Position numbers and translations under genes: made by a program
Shown: piece by piece, positions 18,186 through 26,038 of the stretch
Layout of the letters: each line of letters opens with the position of its first letter
How positions within the stretch are numbered: position 1 is the stretch's first letter
From: Rhodobacter capsulatus SB 1003
GTDB taxonomy: Bacteria; Pseudomonadota; Alphaproteobacteria; Rhodobacterales; Rhodobacteraceae
DNA length: 32,000 nucleotides
Direction: 5' to 3'
NCBI RefSeq assembly: GCF_000021865.1
Contig: NC_014034.1
Location: 3,330,001-3,362,000, forward strand
Notes under the pieces: generated by a model
The model's database searches: none
What the model was told of the DNA's origin: nothing
Seen by the model: only the letters and a program-made list of their open reading frames with translations

Positions 18186-20606
18186 TCACTTCCGCTGCAC
18201 GCCGCCGGTGGCCTTGGTGACCTTTTCGACGACCTTGGCCGAAACCGCCTCGATCTCGGCATCGGTCAGGGTCTTGTCGCGCGGCTGCAGCCGAACGCTC
18301 AGCGCGATCGACTTCTTGCCCGCGCCCATCTGCTCCTCGGCCTTGGCGCCGGTGAACTGGTCAAAGACCGAAACCGCCTCGATCAGCGCCTTGTCGGCGC
18401 CGTAAGCCGCGTTCACCGCCGTCAGCGCCTCGACACCCGCATCGACGACAAAGGCGAAATCGCGCTCGACCGCCTGCAGATCCGACAGCGCCAGCGCAGG
18501 CCGGGTCGGGGTCTTGGCTTTCGGGAAGGGCACGGCTTCGATCCAGACGGTGAAGGCGACCGCTGGCCCCTTCACCCCCATCTCGCGCAGCACCTTGGGG
18601 TGAACCTCGCCAAAGCTGGCCAGCGCATTCGGCCCCAGCGCGATGGTGCCCGAGCGGCCCGGATGGAACCAGCCCGCCACCTTGCGGTTGATCTGCACCC
18701 GCGCGGGGGCGCCGATGGCGGCCAGCACGGCCTCGACATCGGCCTTGGCGTCATAAAGATCGACCGGACGGCGCGAGGCCCAGGGGTCGCGCGGCGCCGA
18801 AGCGCCCACGAGCAGCCCCGCCGCCTGCAATGCCTGATCCCCCGGCTCGCCGCCGCTGAAAGCCGGACCAACCTCGAAGAGCGCCAGATCCGCAAAGCCG
18901 CGCGCCTGATTGCGCGCCGCCGCCTGCAGAAGCCCCGGCAGCAGATCCGGGCGCAGATGCGTCATCTCCGACGAGATCGGGTTTTCGATCCGCGTCGCCT
19001 CAAGCCCGCCACCGAAGAGCGCCGCCGACTTGGCGTCGATGAAGCTGTAGGTCACGCATTCATTGTAGCCCAGCGCCGCAATCGTGCGCCGCGCGGTGCG
19101 TTCGCGGGTCTGGATCGGCGTCAGCACCGGACCGGGAACGCCCGTGGTTTCGCGCGCCATCGGACGGCCGACGAGCTTCGTCAAGGACGCAATCCGCGCC
19201 ACCTCCTCGACCAGATCGGCCTCGCCCAGCACATCGGGCCGCCAGCTGGGCGGGCAGGCCATGTCGCCCTCGAAGGTGAAACCGAGCGCCGTCAGGGTTT
19301 CGCGTTGCGTCGCCTCGGGGATCTCCATCCCGACAAGGCTGATGACCCGGGCGGGGTCGAGCTTGTAGGCGCGTTTGGTATCGGGAACGGCGCCGTCCAT
19401 CACCACATTGGATGCCTCGCCGCCGCAGAGGTCGAGCACCATCTGCGTCGCCAGTTCCAGCCCCGGCAGGGTGAACTCCGGGTCCACGCCACGCTCGAAC
19501 CGATAGCGCGCATCCGAGTTGATCTTCAGCGCGCGGCCGGTGGTGGCAATGGTGATCGGGTCCCAATAGGCGCTTTCAAGGAAGACATCGACCGTCTCCT
19601 CGGTGCAGCCCGAAAGCTCGCCGCCCATGATCCCGGCAAGGCTTTCCGGCTGCGCATCGTCGCAAATCACCATCTGACCGGGGCGCAGGGTGTAGGTCTT
19701 GCCATCGAGCGCCAGCAGTTCCTCGCCGCCCTTGGCAGGGACAATCCGCAGGTTCCCCGCCACCTTCGCCGCATCAAACACGTGCAGCGGGCGGTTCAGG
19801 TCATAGGTGAAGAAGTTGGTGATATCGACGAGCGCCGAGATCGGCCGCAGCCCGATCGCCCGCAGCCGCGCTTGCAGCCAGTCGGGGCTCGGCCCGTTCT
19901 TGACGCCACGGATCAGACGGCCAGCAAAGAGCGGGCAGCCCTTTTCCTTCAGGGTGGCGTCAATCTCCACCTTGATCGGGCTTTCAAACCCGCCCGGCAC
20001 GGCCTCGATTTCGAGCGGCTTCAACCGACCCAGACCGCGCGCGGCCAGATCACGGGCCACACCGCGCACGCCCAAAGCGTCGGGGCGGTTCGGGGTGATC
20101 TTGATGTGGATCATCGGATCGACGGCCTCGGGGCGGTTTTCCGCCAGCCAGTCGATGAATTTGCAGCCGACCTCGGAATTCAGGCTGTCCTCGGGCAGTT
20201 CGATGATGCCGTTATGCTCGTCGGACAGCTCCAGCTCGCGTTCCGAGCACATCATGCCGTGGCTTTCAATGCCGCGGATCTTGCCGATGCCAAGCGTGGT
20301 GTCGATGCCCGGCACATAATCGCCCGGTTTCGCCAGCACGACGGTGATCCCCGCCCGCGCATTCGGCGCACCGCAAACGATGACCTTTTCGCCCTCGTCG
20401 GTCAGCACGCGGCAGACCCGCAGCTTGTCGGCATCGGGGTGCTTTTCGGCGTGCAGCACCTTGGCGATGGTGAAGGGGGCGAGTTTCGCGCCCGGGTTCA
20501 CCACCTCCTCGACCTCAAGGCCAAGGTCGGTGAGCGCATCGGCGATCTCGGTGACCGAGGCCTCGGTCTCGAGATGGTCTTTCAGCCAGGAGAGGGTGAA
20601 TTTCAT
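18186..20606 (-). CDS. pheT: phenylalanine--tRNA ligase beta subunit
   Basis: 806 aa: MKFTLSWLKDHLET..., tRNA-binding domain, B3/4, B5 and FDX-ACB domains in the usual order. Own SD GGGAG at 20614-20618. Confidence 0.95.
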   Translation of the reverse strand: MKFTLSWLKDHLETEASVTEIADALTDLGLEVEEVVNPGAKLAPFTIAKVLHAEKHPDADKLRVCRVLTDEGEKVIVCGAPNARAGITVVLAKPGDYVPGIDTTLGIGKIRGIESHGMMCSERELELSDEHNGIIELPEDSLNSEVGCKFIDWLAENRPEAVDPMIHIKITPNRPDALGVRGVARDLAARGLGRLKPLEIEAVPGGFESPIKVEIDATLKEKGCPLFAGRLIRGVKNGPSPDWLQARLRAIGLRPISALVDITNFFTYDLNRPLHVFDAAKVAGNLRIVPAKGGEELLALDGKTYTLRPGQMVICDDAQPESLAGIMGGELSGCTEETVDVFLESAYWDPITIATTGRALKINSDARYRFERGVDPEFTLPGLELATQMVLDLCGGEASNVVMDGAVPDTKRAYKLDPARVISLVGMEIPEATQRETLTALGFTFEGDMACPPSWRPDVLGEADLVEEVARIASLTKLVGRPMARETTGVPGPVLTPIQTRERTARRTIAALGYNECVTYSFIDAKSAALFGGGLEATRIENPISSEMTHLRPDLLPGLLQAAARNQARGFADLALFEVGPAFSGGEPGDQALQAAGLLVGASAPRDPWASRRPVDLYDAKADVEAVLAAIGAPARVQINRKVAGWFHPGRSGTIALGPNALASFGEVHPKVLREMGVKGPAVAFTVWIEAVPFPKAKTPTRPALALSDLQAVERDFAFVVDAGVEALTAVNAAYGADKALIEAVSVFDQFTGAKAEEQMGAGKKSIALSVRLQPRDKTLTDAEIEAVSAKVVEKVTKATGGVQRK

Positions 20607-20625
20607 AGGAGTGCTCCCGATTTCA

Positions 20626-21425
20626 TCGCAAGATTAACAAGCCCAACACACGACACAACGATCAAATTTAATTATCTCCGCAGACCACTTTGTTGTTCGC
20701 AGTTAAAAAGACGAAAATCCTTCGAACCCGGCAGCCAAAGGCAGCCCCTTTTGACTTCGAAAAAGACAAGGTACCCGTCGAAGCAAAATAATAGAAAATC
20801 GAGAACGCAATCGTCAAATAGTATACATAGTTTCTCCAGTCATCCGGCAGATCAGCGGCAGCACCGGGCGCCATTAACTCAAAGAAATCGCACCAAAGGA
20901 CACCCGATGACAAAAACGTTGCAACCACAAACAAAAATCTGGCAGCATCGAAAACGGCCCTTCTCTTCTCAACCCGAAGAGCATGACTTTCTAGCAAGCG
21001 CGCAGACCACTCCTGATCAGATAAAACTCTTGACCCGAATTTAAAACTATTATCCGGCGTCATCGATGCTATAAATTCAGCTATCGAGGCGCAAATTAAG
21101 AATATTAATAAAACCTGAATTACATAACCGTAATGCTGAAAAAAGAAAAACAATGATGGGAGGTAAATTTTCAGACTACTCGCATGCTGAAGCCACGCCA
21201 CAATTCCTGATGCGCCGAATGCCCCCGCCACCCACGAAAATACTTTTCTTGCCGCACCTTTATTCTCACTCTGAAAATTGCTATAAAGTTTGAAGTAAAC
21301 ATAGTGCGTAACGCTTGCTTCATCGGCGAGCCATTCAGCTAGGTTCTTAGTTCTCTGCATCGAATTCGACTTAGTGTCACTCATTTTCCCTCCAAAAAAC
21401 TCTTGATACAGCCACAATAAGTAAC
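20626..21425. other. AT-rich compositional island (about 32-45 % GC) inserted between pheS and pheT
   Basis: Hand counts give 27/60 GC for 20641-20700 and 19/60 for 21061-21120, against about 66 % in the pheS and pheT bodies. Boundaries coincide with the pheS stop (21426) and the pheT SD region. Confidence 0.85.
20668..21384 (-). CDS. hypothetical 4-TM membrane protein (orphan, foreign composition)
   Basis: A 238-codon ORF from ATG 21384 with SD GGAGGG (21388-21393). The track's 253-aa version starts at GTG 21429, overlapping the pheS stop. An open frame this long in AT-rich DNA is unlikely by chance. Hydrophobic segments lie at about residues 47-65, 73-106, 146-166 and 185-203. Confidence 0.7.
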   Translation of the reverse strand: MSDTKSNSMQRTKNLAEWLADEASVTHYVYFKLYSNFQSENKGAARKVFSWVAGAFGASGIVAWLQHASSLKIYLPSLFFFFQHYGYVIQVLLIFLICASIAEFIASMTPDNSFKFGSRVLSDQEWSARLLESHALRVEKRRAVFDAARFLFVVATFLSSGVLWCDFFELMAPGAAADLPDDWRNYVYYLTIAFSIFYYFASTGTLSFSKSKGAAFGCRVRRIFVFLTANNKVVCGDN

Positions 21426-22508
21426 TCACTTACTCAACCCCCCGAACACCGTCGGCAGGTCCAAGGCCGCGAAACCGTAGTGTTTCAGCCAGCGCAGGTC
21501 GCTCTCGAAGAACGCCCGCAGATCCGGGATGCCGTATTTCAGCATCGCGATCCGGTCGATGCCGACGCCGAAGGCGAAGCCCTGATATTCGGTCGGATCG
21601 ATCCCGCCCGCCGCCAGAACCTTGGGGTGCACCATGCCCGAGCCGAGGATTTCCAGCCAGGAATTGCCCTCGCCGATCTTCAGCTGGCCGCCTTCCCAGG
21701 AACAGCGGATATCCACCTCGGCCGAGGGTTCGGTGAAGGGGAAGTGGCTGGCGCGGAAACGGAGTTCGACCGAGGGCACCTCGAAGAAGGTCTTGCAGAA
21801 TTCCTCCAGCACCCATTTCAGGTTCGCCATCGAAATGTCGCGGCCGATCGCCAGACCCTCGACCTGATGGAACATCGGCGCGTGGGTCTGGTCCATGTCC
21901 ATGCGGTAGACGCGGCCCGGCGCGATCACGCGGATCGGCGCGCCCTTGGCCTGCATGGCGCGGATCTGCACCGGCGAGGTATGGGTGCGCAGCACATGCG
22001 GCGGGCGCGGGTCGGCAGCGTCGCGGGCCATGAAGAACGTGTCATGCTCCTGCCGCGCCGGGTGTTCCGGCGCGATGTTGAGCGCGTCGAAATTGTACCA
22101 GTCGCTTTCCACCTGCGGGCCTTCGGCGACGGCAAAGCCCATATCGGCGAAAATCGCGGTGACTTCGTCCATGACCTGGCTGACCGGGTGGATCGTGCCC
22201 GCCCGGCGCGGACGGCCGGGCAGCGTCACATCAAGCCATTCCGATTTCAGCCGGGCATCCAGCGCCGCATCGGCCAAAGCCTCTTTCTTCGCGCGCAAAG
22301 CGGCGTCGATCTCGTCCTTCAGCCGGTTCAAGGCCGCGCCGGTGGTGGTGCGTTCCTCGGGCGTCATTTGCCCCAGTTCACGCATCTTCAGGCTGATCTC
22401 GCCCTTCTTGCCAAGGGCAGCCAGACGCAGCTCCTCAAGGCTCGCCTCATCCGCGGCGGCCGCGATGCCTTCGAGATATTTCGCCTTGAGCACATCGAGC
22501 GTGGTCAT
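21426..22508 (-). CDS. pheS: phenylalanine--tRNA ligase alpha subunit
   Basis: 360 aa with class II aaRS motifs: [68 protein letters not shown]. Confidence 0.95.
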   Translation of the reverse strand: MTTLDVLKAKYLEGIAAAADEASLEELRLAALGKKGEISLKMRELGQMTPEERTTTGAALNRLKDEIDAALRAKKEALADAALDARLKSEWLDVTLPGRPRRAGTIHPVSQVMDEVTAIFADMGFAVAEGPQVESDWYNFDALNIAPEHPARQEHDTFFMARDAADPRPPHVLRTHTSPVQIRAMQAKGAPIRVIAPGRVYRMDMDQTHAPMFHQVEGLAIGRDISMANLKWVLEEFCKTFFEVPSVELRFRASHFPFTEPSAEVDIRCSWEGGQLKIGEGNSWLEILGSGMVHPKVLAAGGIDPTEYQGFAFGVGIDRIAMLKYGIPDLRAFFESDLRWLKHYGFAALDLPTVFGGLSK

Positions 22509-22571
22509 GAGGTCTCTCCTGCAAGTGGGTGCGTCTTGCTAGCCGCCCCCCGGGGTGATTTCAAGCGCCCG

Positions 22572-22611
22572 AACGCAAAACCCCCGCGACGGCGGCTGCC
22601 GCGCGGGGGTT
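22572..22611 (-). terminator. terminator/attenuator-like hairpin in the rplT-pheS spacer
   Basis: Minus strand reads AACCCCCGCG-(13-nt loop)-CGCGGGGGTT followed by TTGCGTT. It lies 22 nt after the rplT stop and about 64 nt before the pheS ATG. Confidence 0.5.
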
Positions 22612-22632
22612 CCGTTTCCCGTGAGTGGGGAA

Positions 22633-22998
22633 TTACGCGGCCGCGGCGGCTTTGGCCTGGGCAACGATGGCCGCAAAGGCCTCGGGCTCGTGGACGGCCA
22701 GATCGGCCAGAACCTTGCGGTCCACCTCGATCCCGGCAAGCGCCAGACCGTTGATGAAACGCGAATAGGTCATTTCCAGATCAATCGCGCGCACGGCGGC
22801 GTTGATGCGCTGGATCCACAGCGCGCGGAAGTTGCGCTTGCGCTGCTGGCGGTCGCGCGTGGCGTATTGCATCGCCTTGTCGACAGCCTGGGTGGCGGTG
22901 CGGAAGTTGCGCGAACGGGCCGAGTAGTAGCCTTTCGCCTTCTTCAGGACTTTCTTGTGCGAGGCGTGAGTGACCTTGCCGGATTTGACGCGGGACAT
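22633..22998 (-). CDS. rplT: 50S ribosomal protein L20
   Basis: [42 protein letters not shown]... is canonical L20. Confidence 0.95.
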   Translation of the reverse strand: MSRVKSGKVTHASHKKVLKKAKGYYSARSRNFRTATQAVDKAMQYATRDRQQRKRNFRALWIQRINAAVRAIDLEMTYSRFINGLALAGIEVDRKVLADLAVHEPEAFAAIVAQAKAAAAA

Positions 22999-23014
22999 TG
23001 TTCAGGCCTCCAGA

Positions 23015-23215
23015 TCAGCGGTTGTAGGGCATGTATTTCTTGACGATCTTCGCGTCCGCATCGGACAGGATCATCGTGCCCGCGCTGTCGCGGATGAACT
23101 TGGTCGAACGCTTGATCATGCCGTGGCGTTTGCCGGCCGGACCCGCGATGACCTTGCCGGTCGCCGTGAATTTGAACCGCTTCTTCGCAGCGGATTTGGT
23201 CTTCATCTTGGGCAT
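23015..23215 (-). CDS. rpmI: 50S ribosomal protein L35
   Basis: [37 protein letters not shown] is canonical L35. I chose ATG 23215 with SD GGAGA; the 13 extra N-terminal codons in the track are discarded. Confidence 0.9.
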   Translation of the reverse strand: MPKMKTKSAAKKRFKFTATGKVIAGPAGKRHGMIKRSTKFIRDSAGTMILSDADAKIVKKYMPYNR

Positions 23216-23289
23216 TTTCATCTCCTTTTCGAGAGTGAACGCACGACTCGGCATGCCACTGTTGGCCGGCCGTGCGGGATAGATGCGGG

Positions 23290-23318
23290 CAGATAGCCGC
23301 GGCGGGGGCGATTGGCAA
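23290..23318 (-). promoter_or_regulatory. candidate sigma70-type promoter for rpmI-rplT (TTGCCA-N17-TATCTG)
   Basis: Minus strand reads CTTGCCA-atcgcccccgccgcggc-TATCTG, about 75 nt upstream of the rpmI ATG. Based on the sequence pattern only. Confidence 0.3.
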
Positions 23319-23329
23319 GCGAAAAGCGG

Positions 23330-23560
23330 CTAGCGGGCCAGGAAACGCGCGATGATCCGGGCGAAGGTTTCGGGGATCTGGCCGGGCGTGTAGCCGCCCG
23401 GCTTCGTCGCCATCGCAAACAGGATCAGCCCGCCGCCGATCATCACCGCCAGGGCCGCCGCCCGCGGCGGACGGCTGTCGGCAAAGGCCGAGATCACCGC
23501 GGGAACCGCAAAGGCCGAAACAAGGATCCCCAGCACGAGAAACAGATCGCTGTCGAGCAT
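23330..23560 (-). CDS. small hypothetical membrane protein (2 TM, 76 aa)
   Basis: MLDSDLFLVLGILVSAFAVPAVISAF...AALAVMIGGGLILFAMA gives two hydrophobic helices. It lies between pyk and rpmI on the same strand. No family recognised. Confidence 0.5.
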   Translation of the reverse strand: MLDSDLFLVLGILVSAFAVPAVISAFADSRPPRAAALAVMIGGGLILFAMATKPGGYTPGQIPETFARIIARFLAR

Positions 23561-23589
23561 GGCCCCCCCCGGCAAACCTTTGACGAAGG

Positions 23590-25035
23590 TTACTCCGGGT
23601 CGGTGCGGTAGATCAATCTTTCGTCGCAGGGCGCCACGCGCAGGATGTTCGTCGTCCCCTGCACGTTGAAGGGCACCCCGGCGATGACGATGATCTGATG
23701 ACTTTCATCGGCGAAACCATAGTCGCGCGCGGCGCGGGCGGCATTGACCACGGCTTCCTTGAAGCGGCTGACCTCGTCGCAGCGCACCGCATGCACGCCC
23801 CAGTTCAGGCAAAGCTTGCGCAGGGTCTGGGTGATCGGCGAAAGCGCGATCACCGGCACGCGGGGCCGTTCGCGGCAGACCAGCGCGACGGTTTTCCCCG
23901 ATTGCGTGTAGCAGCAGATGGCGGAGACATCGGTGGTTTCGGCGATCTCGCGCGCGGCGGCGACGATGCCATCGGCCACGGTCTGCCGCTTGGCCGAGCG
24001 CGACGCCTCGATGATGTCGCGATAGGTGGGATCGCTTTCGACCGAGCGGGCGACGGCGTTCATCGTCTGCACTGCCTCGACCGGATAGCGCCCGGCGGCG
24101 GATTCGGCCGAGAGCATGATCGCATCGGCGCCCTCGTAGATCGCGGTGGCGACGTCGGAGATTTCGGCCCGCGTCGGCATCGGGCTTTCGATCATGCTTT
24201 CCAGCATCTGCGTTGCCACGATGACGGGCTTGGCGGCGGCCCGGCACTTGCGGATCAGCCGCTTCTGGATCGGCGGCACGGATTCGACCGGCAGCTCCAC
24301 CCCCAGATCGCCGCGGGCGACCATGATCCCGTCCGAGACCTTGAGGATCTCGTCAAAGGCGCGTTCGGCCTGCGGCTTCTCGATCTTCGAGAGCACCTGC
24401 GCGCGGCCGCGGGCCAGGGCCTTGGCCTCGATCACGTCCTCGGGGCGCTGCACGAAGCTCAGCGCCAGCCAGTCGGCGCCCAGATCGCAGGCGAATTCCA
24501 GATCGTCGCGGTCCTTGGCCGAAAGCGCGGCAAGCGGCAGCACCACATCGGGCACGTTCACGCCCTTGCGGTTCGAAATCGTGCCGCCGACGGTGACGAT
24601 GCAATCGGCGAAATCCGGGCCGCAGGCGGTGACGCGCAGGCGGATCTTGCCGTCATTGACCAGCAGGCGGGCGCCAACTTCCAGCGCGGCGAAAATCTCG
24701 GGATGCGGCAGGCAGACCCGGTGGCCGTCGCCCTCGGTCGGGTCGAGATCGAAGCGGAAGGGCTCGCCCTCTTCCAGATCGGCGGCGCCGGCGGCAAAGG
24801 TGCCGACGCGCAGCTTCGGGCCCTGCAGATCGGCCAGCACCGCGACCGGACGGCCGGTGTCGGCCTCGATCTGGCGGATGATGTCGTAGCGGACCTTGTG
24901 TTCGGCATGGGTGCCGTGGCTCATGTTCAGGCGGAACACGTCGGCACCGGCCTCGAACAGGGCGCGGATGGTCTTGTAATCGGAAGATGCGGGGCCAAGC
25001 GTAGCCACGATCTTGACATTGCGAAGGCGTCTCAT
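23590..25035 (-). CDS. pyk: pyruvate kinase
   Basis: MRRLRNVKIVATLGPASSDYKTIRALFEAGADVFRLNMSHG..., KIEKPQA, MVARGDLGVE, ATQMLESM. I chose the start at ATG 25035; the 45 upstream codons in the track are discarded. Confidence 0.9.
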   Translation of the reverse strand: MRRLRNVKIVATLGPASSDYKTIRALFEAGADVFRLNMSHGTHAEHKVRYDIIRQIEADTGRPVAVLADLQGPKLRVGTFAAGAADLEEGEPFRFDLDPTEGDGHRVCLPHPEIFAALEVGARLLVNDGKIRLRVTACGPDFADCIVTVGGTISNRKGVNVPDVVLPLAALSAKDRDDLEFACDLGADWLALSFVQRPEDVIEAKALARGRAQVLSKIEKPQAERAFDEILKVSDGIMVARGDLGVELPVESVPPIQKRLIRKCRAAAKPVIVATQMLESMIESPMPTRAEISDVATAIYEGADAIMLSAESAAGRYPVEAVQTMNAVARSVESDPTYRDIIEASRSAKRQTVADGIVAAAREIAETTDVSAICCYTQSGKTVALVCRERPRVPVIALSPITQTLRKLCLNWGVHAVRCDEVSRFKEAVVNAARAARDYGFADESHQIIVIAGVPFNVQGTTNILRVAPCDERLIYRTDPE

Positions 25036-25144
25036 GCGTCCTCGGGCGTTGGTGTTGCAGTCATTTCGTGGGCCGATCCCAGCTATGGCGCAAAATGTCG
25101 CGCAGGGCAACTGGAACACCGGGCCCCGCTGACGTAAATCTGTT

Positions 25145-25915
25145 GTGAGCGACAAAGGCAAAGAAAGCATGACCGAAGCCTGTCACATTCATGGCGAAAC
25201 CCGCCCCGGCCGCTGGCTGGTCACCGTCGATCACGCCACCAACCGGGTGCCCGACTGGGTGGGGGGCGGCAGTCTCGGCATTACCCCCGAGGACATGGCC
25301 CGCCACATCGCCTGGGACCCGGGCGCGCTGGAGGTGGCCCGGCATCTGGCAGAGGCGCTCGAGAGCCCGCTGATCTGGTCGGATTTCTCGCGGCTCGTCA
25401 TCGACCCGAACCGCGGCGAGGATGACCCGACGCTGGTGATGCAGCTTTACGACGGCACGATCATTCCGGCCAACCGCCACCTTTCGCCCCCCGCACTGGC
25501 GGAGCGGCTGGACCGGCTGCACCGGCCCTATCACGCGGCGCTGGCGCGGCTGGCGGCGCGGCGCGACGATACGGTGATCTGCGCCATCCATTCCTTTACC
25601 CCCTGCCTGCGCGGGCGGCCCCCCCGGCCCTGGCAGGTGGGCGTGCTGCACGCGCCCTGCGACACGAGGCTGGCGCTGCCGCTGATTTCGGGCCTGCGCG
25701 CCGCGGGGCTTTGCGTCGGCGACAACGAACCCTATTCCGGCCATCTGCGCGGCGACAGCATCGACCGGCATGCGCTGCAGACCGGGCGGCCCAACGTGCT
25801 GATCGAGCTGCGCAACGACCTGATCGCAAACGAATCAGGACAGGCGCATTGGGCCGGGGTGCTGGCACCGATCCTGCGGGACGCCCTGAGGGCGGCCGAA
25901 ACAGTCGCTCCCTGA
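25145..25915 (+). CDS. N-formylglutamate amidohydrolase family protein
   Basis: WLVTVDHATNRVPDW...SDFSRLVIDPNRG...YHAALARL...AIHSFTP...GDNEPYSG...LIELRNDLI matches the FGase-family pattern. The start is uncertain: GTG 25145 or ATG 25169. Confidence 0.75.
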   Translation: MSDKGKESMTEACHIHGETRPGRWLVTVDHATNRVPDWVGGGSLGITPEDMARHIAWDPGALEVARHLAEALESPLIWSDFSRLVIDPNRGEDDPTLVMQLYDGTIIPANRHLSPPALAERLDRLHRPYHAALARLAARRDDTVICAIHSFTPCLRGRPPRPWQVGVLHAPCDTRLALPLISGLRAAGLCVGDNEPYSGHLRGDSIDRHALQTGRPNVLIELRNDLIANESGQAHWAGVLAPILRDALRAAETVAP

Positions 25916-26038
25916 TCGCACCATTGTTGCCGCCGAAAGCGACAATTCCCCGCGGCTTTGCCACTTTCGTTGCCCCTCCCGGGTGGCGGTGTTAGCCGTT
26001 CGTTTACGGATTTTCAAAACCAGATCAGGAGCGCAGTC

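Noticed and set aside
16767-21044. 1425-aa ORF on the plus strand across the GMC oxidoreductase, pheT and part of the AT-rich insert
   Set aside because: It is antisense to two clearly conserved genes, and its composition is R/P/G/H/Q-rich without motifs. Its continuation into the AT-rich insert (20640-21044) is K/R/Q/S/T-rich with no SD and no plausible start other than a 47-codon ATG fragment. I treat it as a by-product of the codon structure of the minus-strand 4-TM gene.
25036-25170. Long N-terminal extensions given by the ORF track (pyk to 25170, rimO to 10386, epimerase to 31053, DUF1611 to 31864, rpmI to 23254, META protein to 14524, crotonase to 3560, acyl-CoA synthetase to 6447)
   Set aside because: The family-typical N-termini begin at internal ATGs preceded by SD sequences. 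The extensions are non-conserved-looking sequence produced by the scarcity of stop codons.
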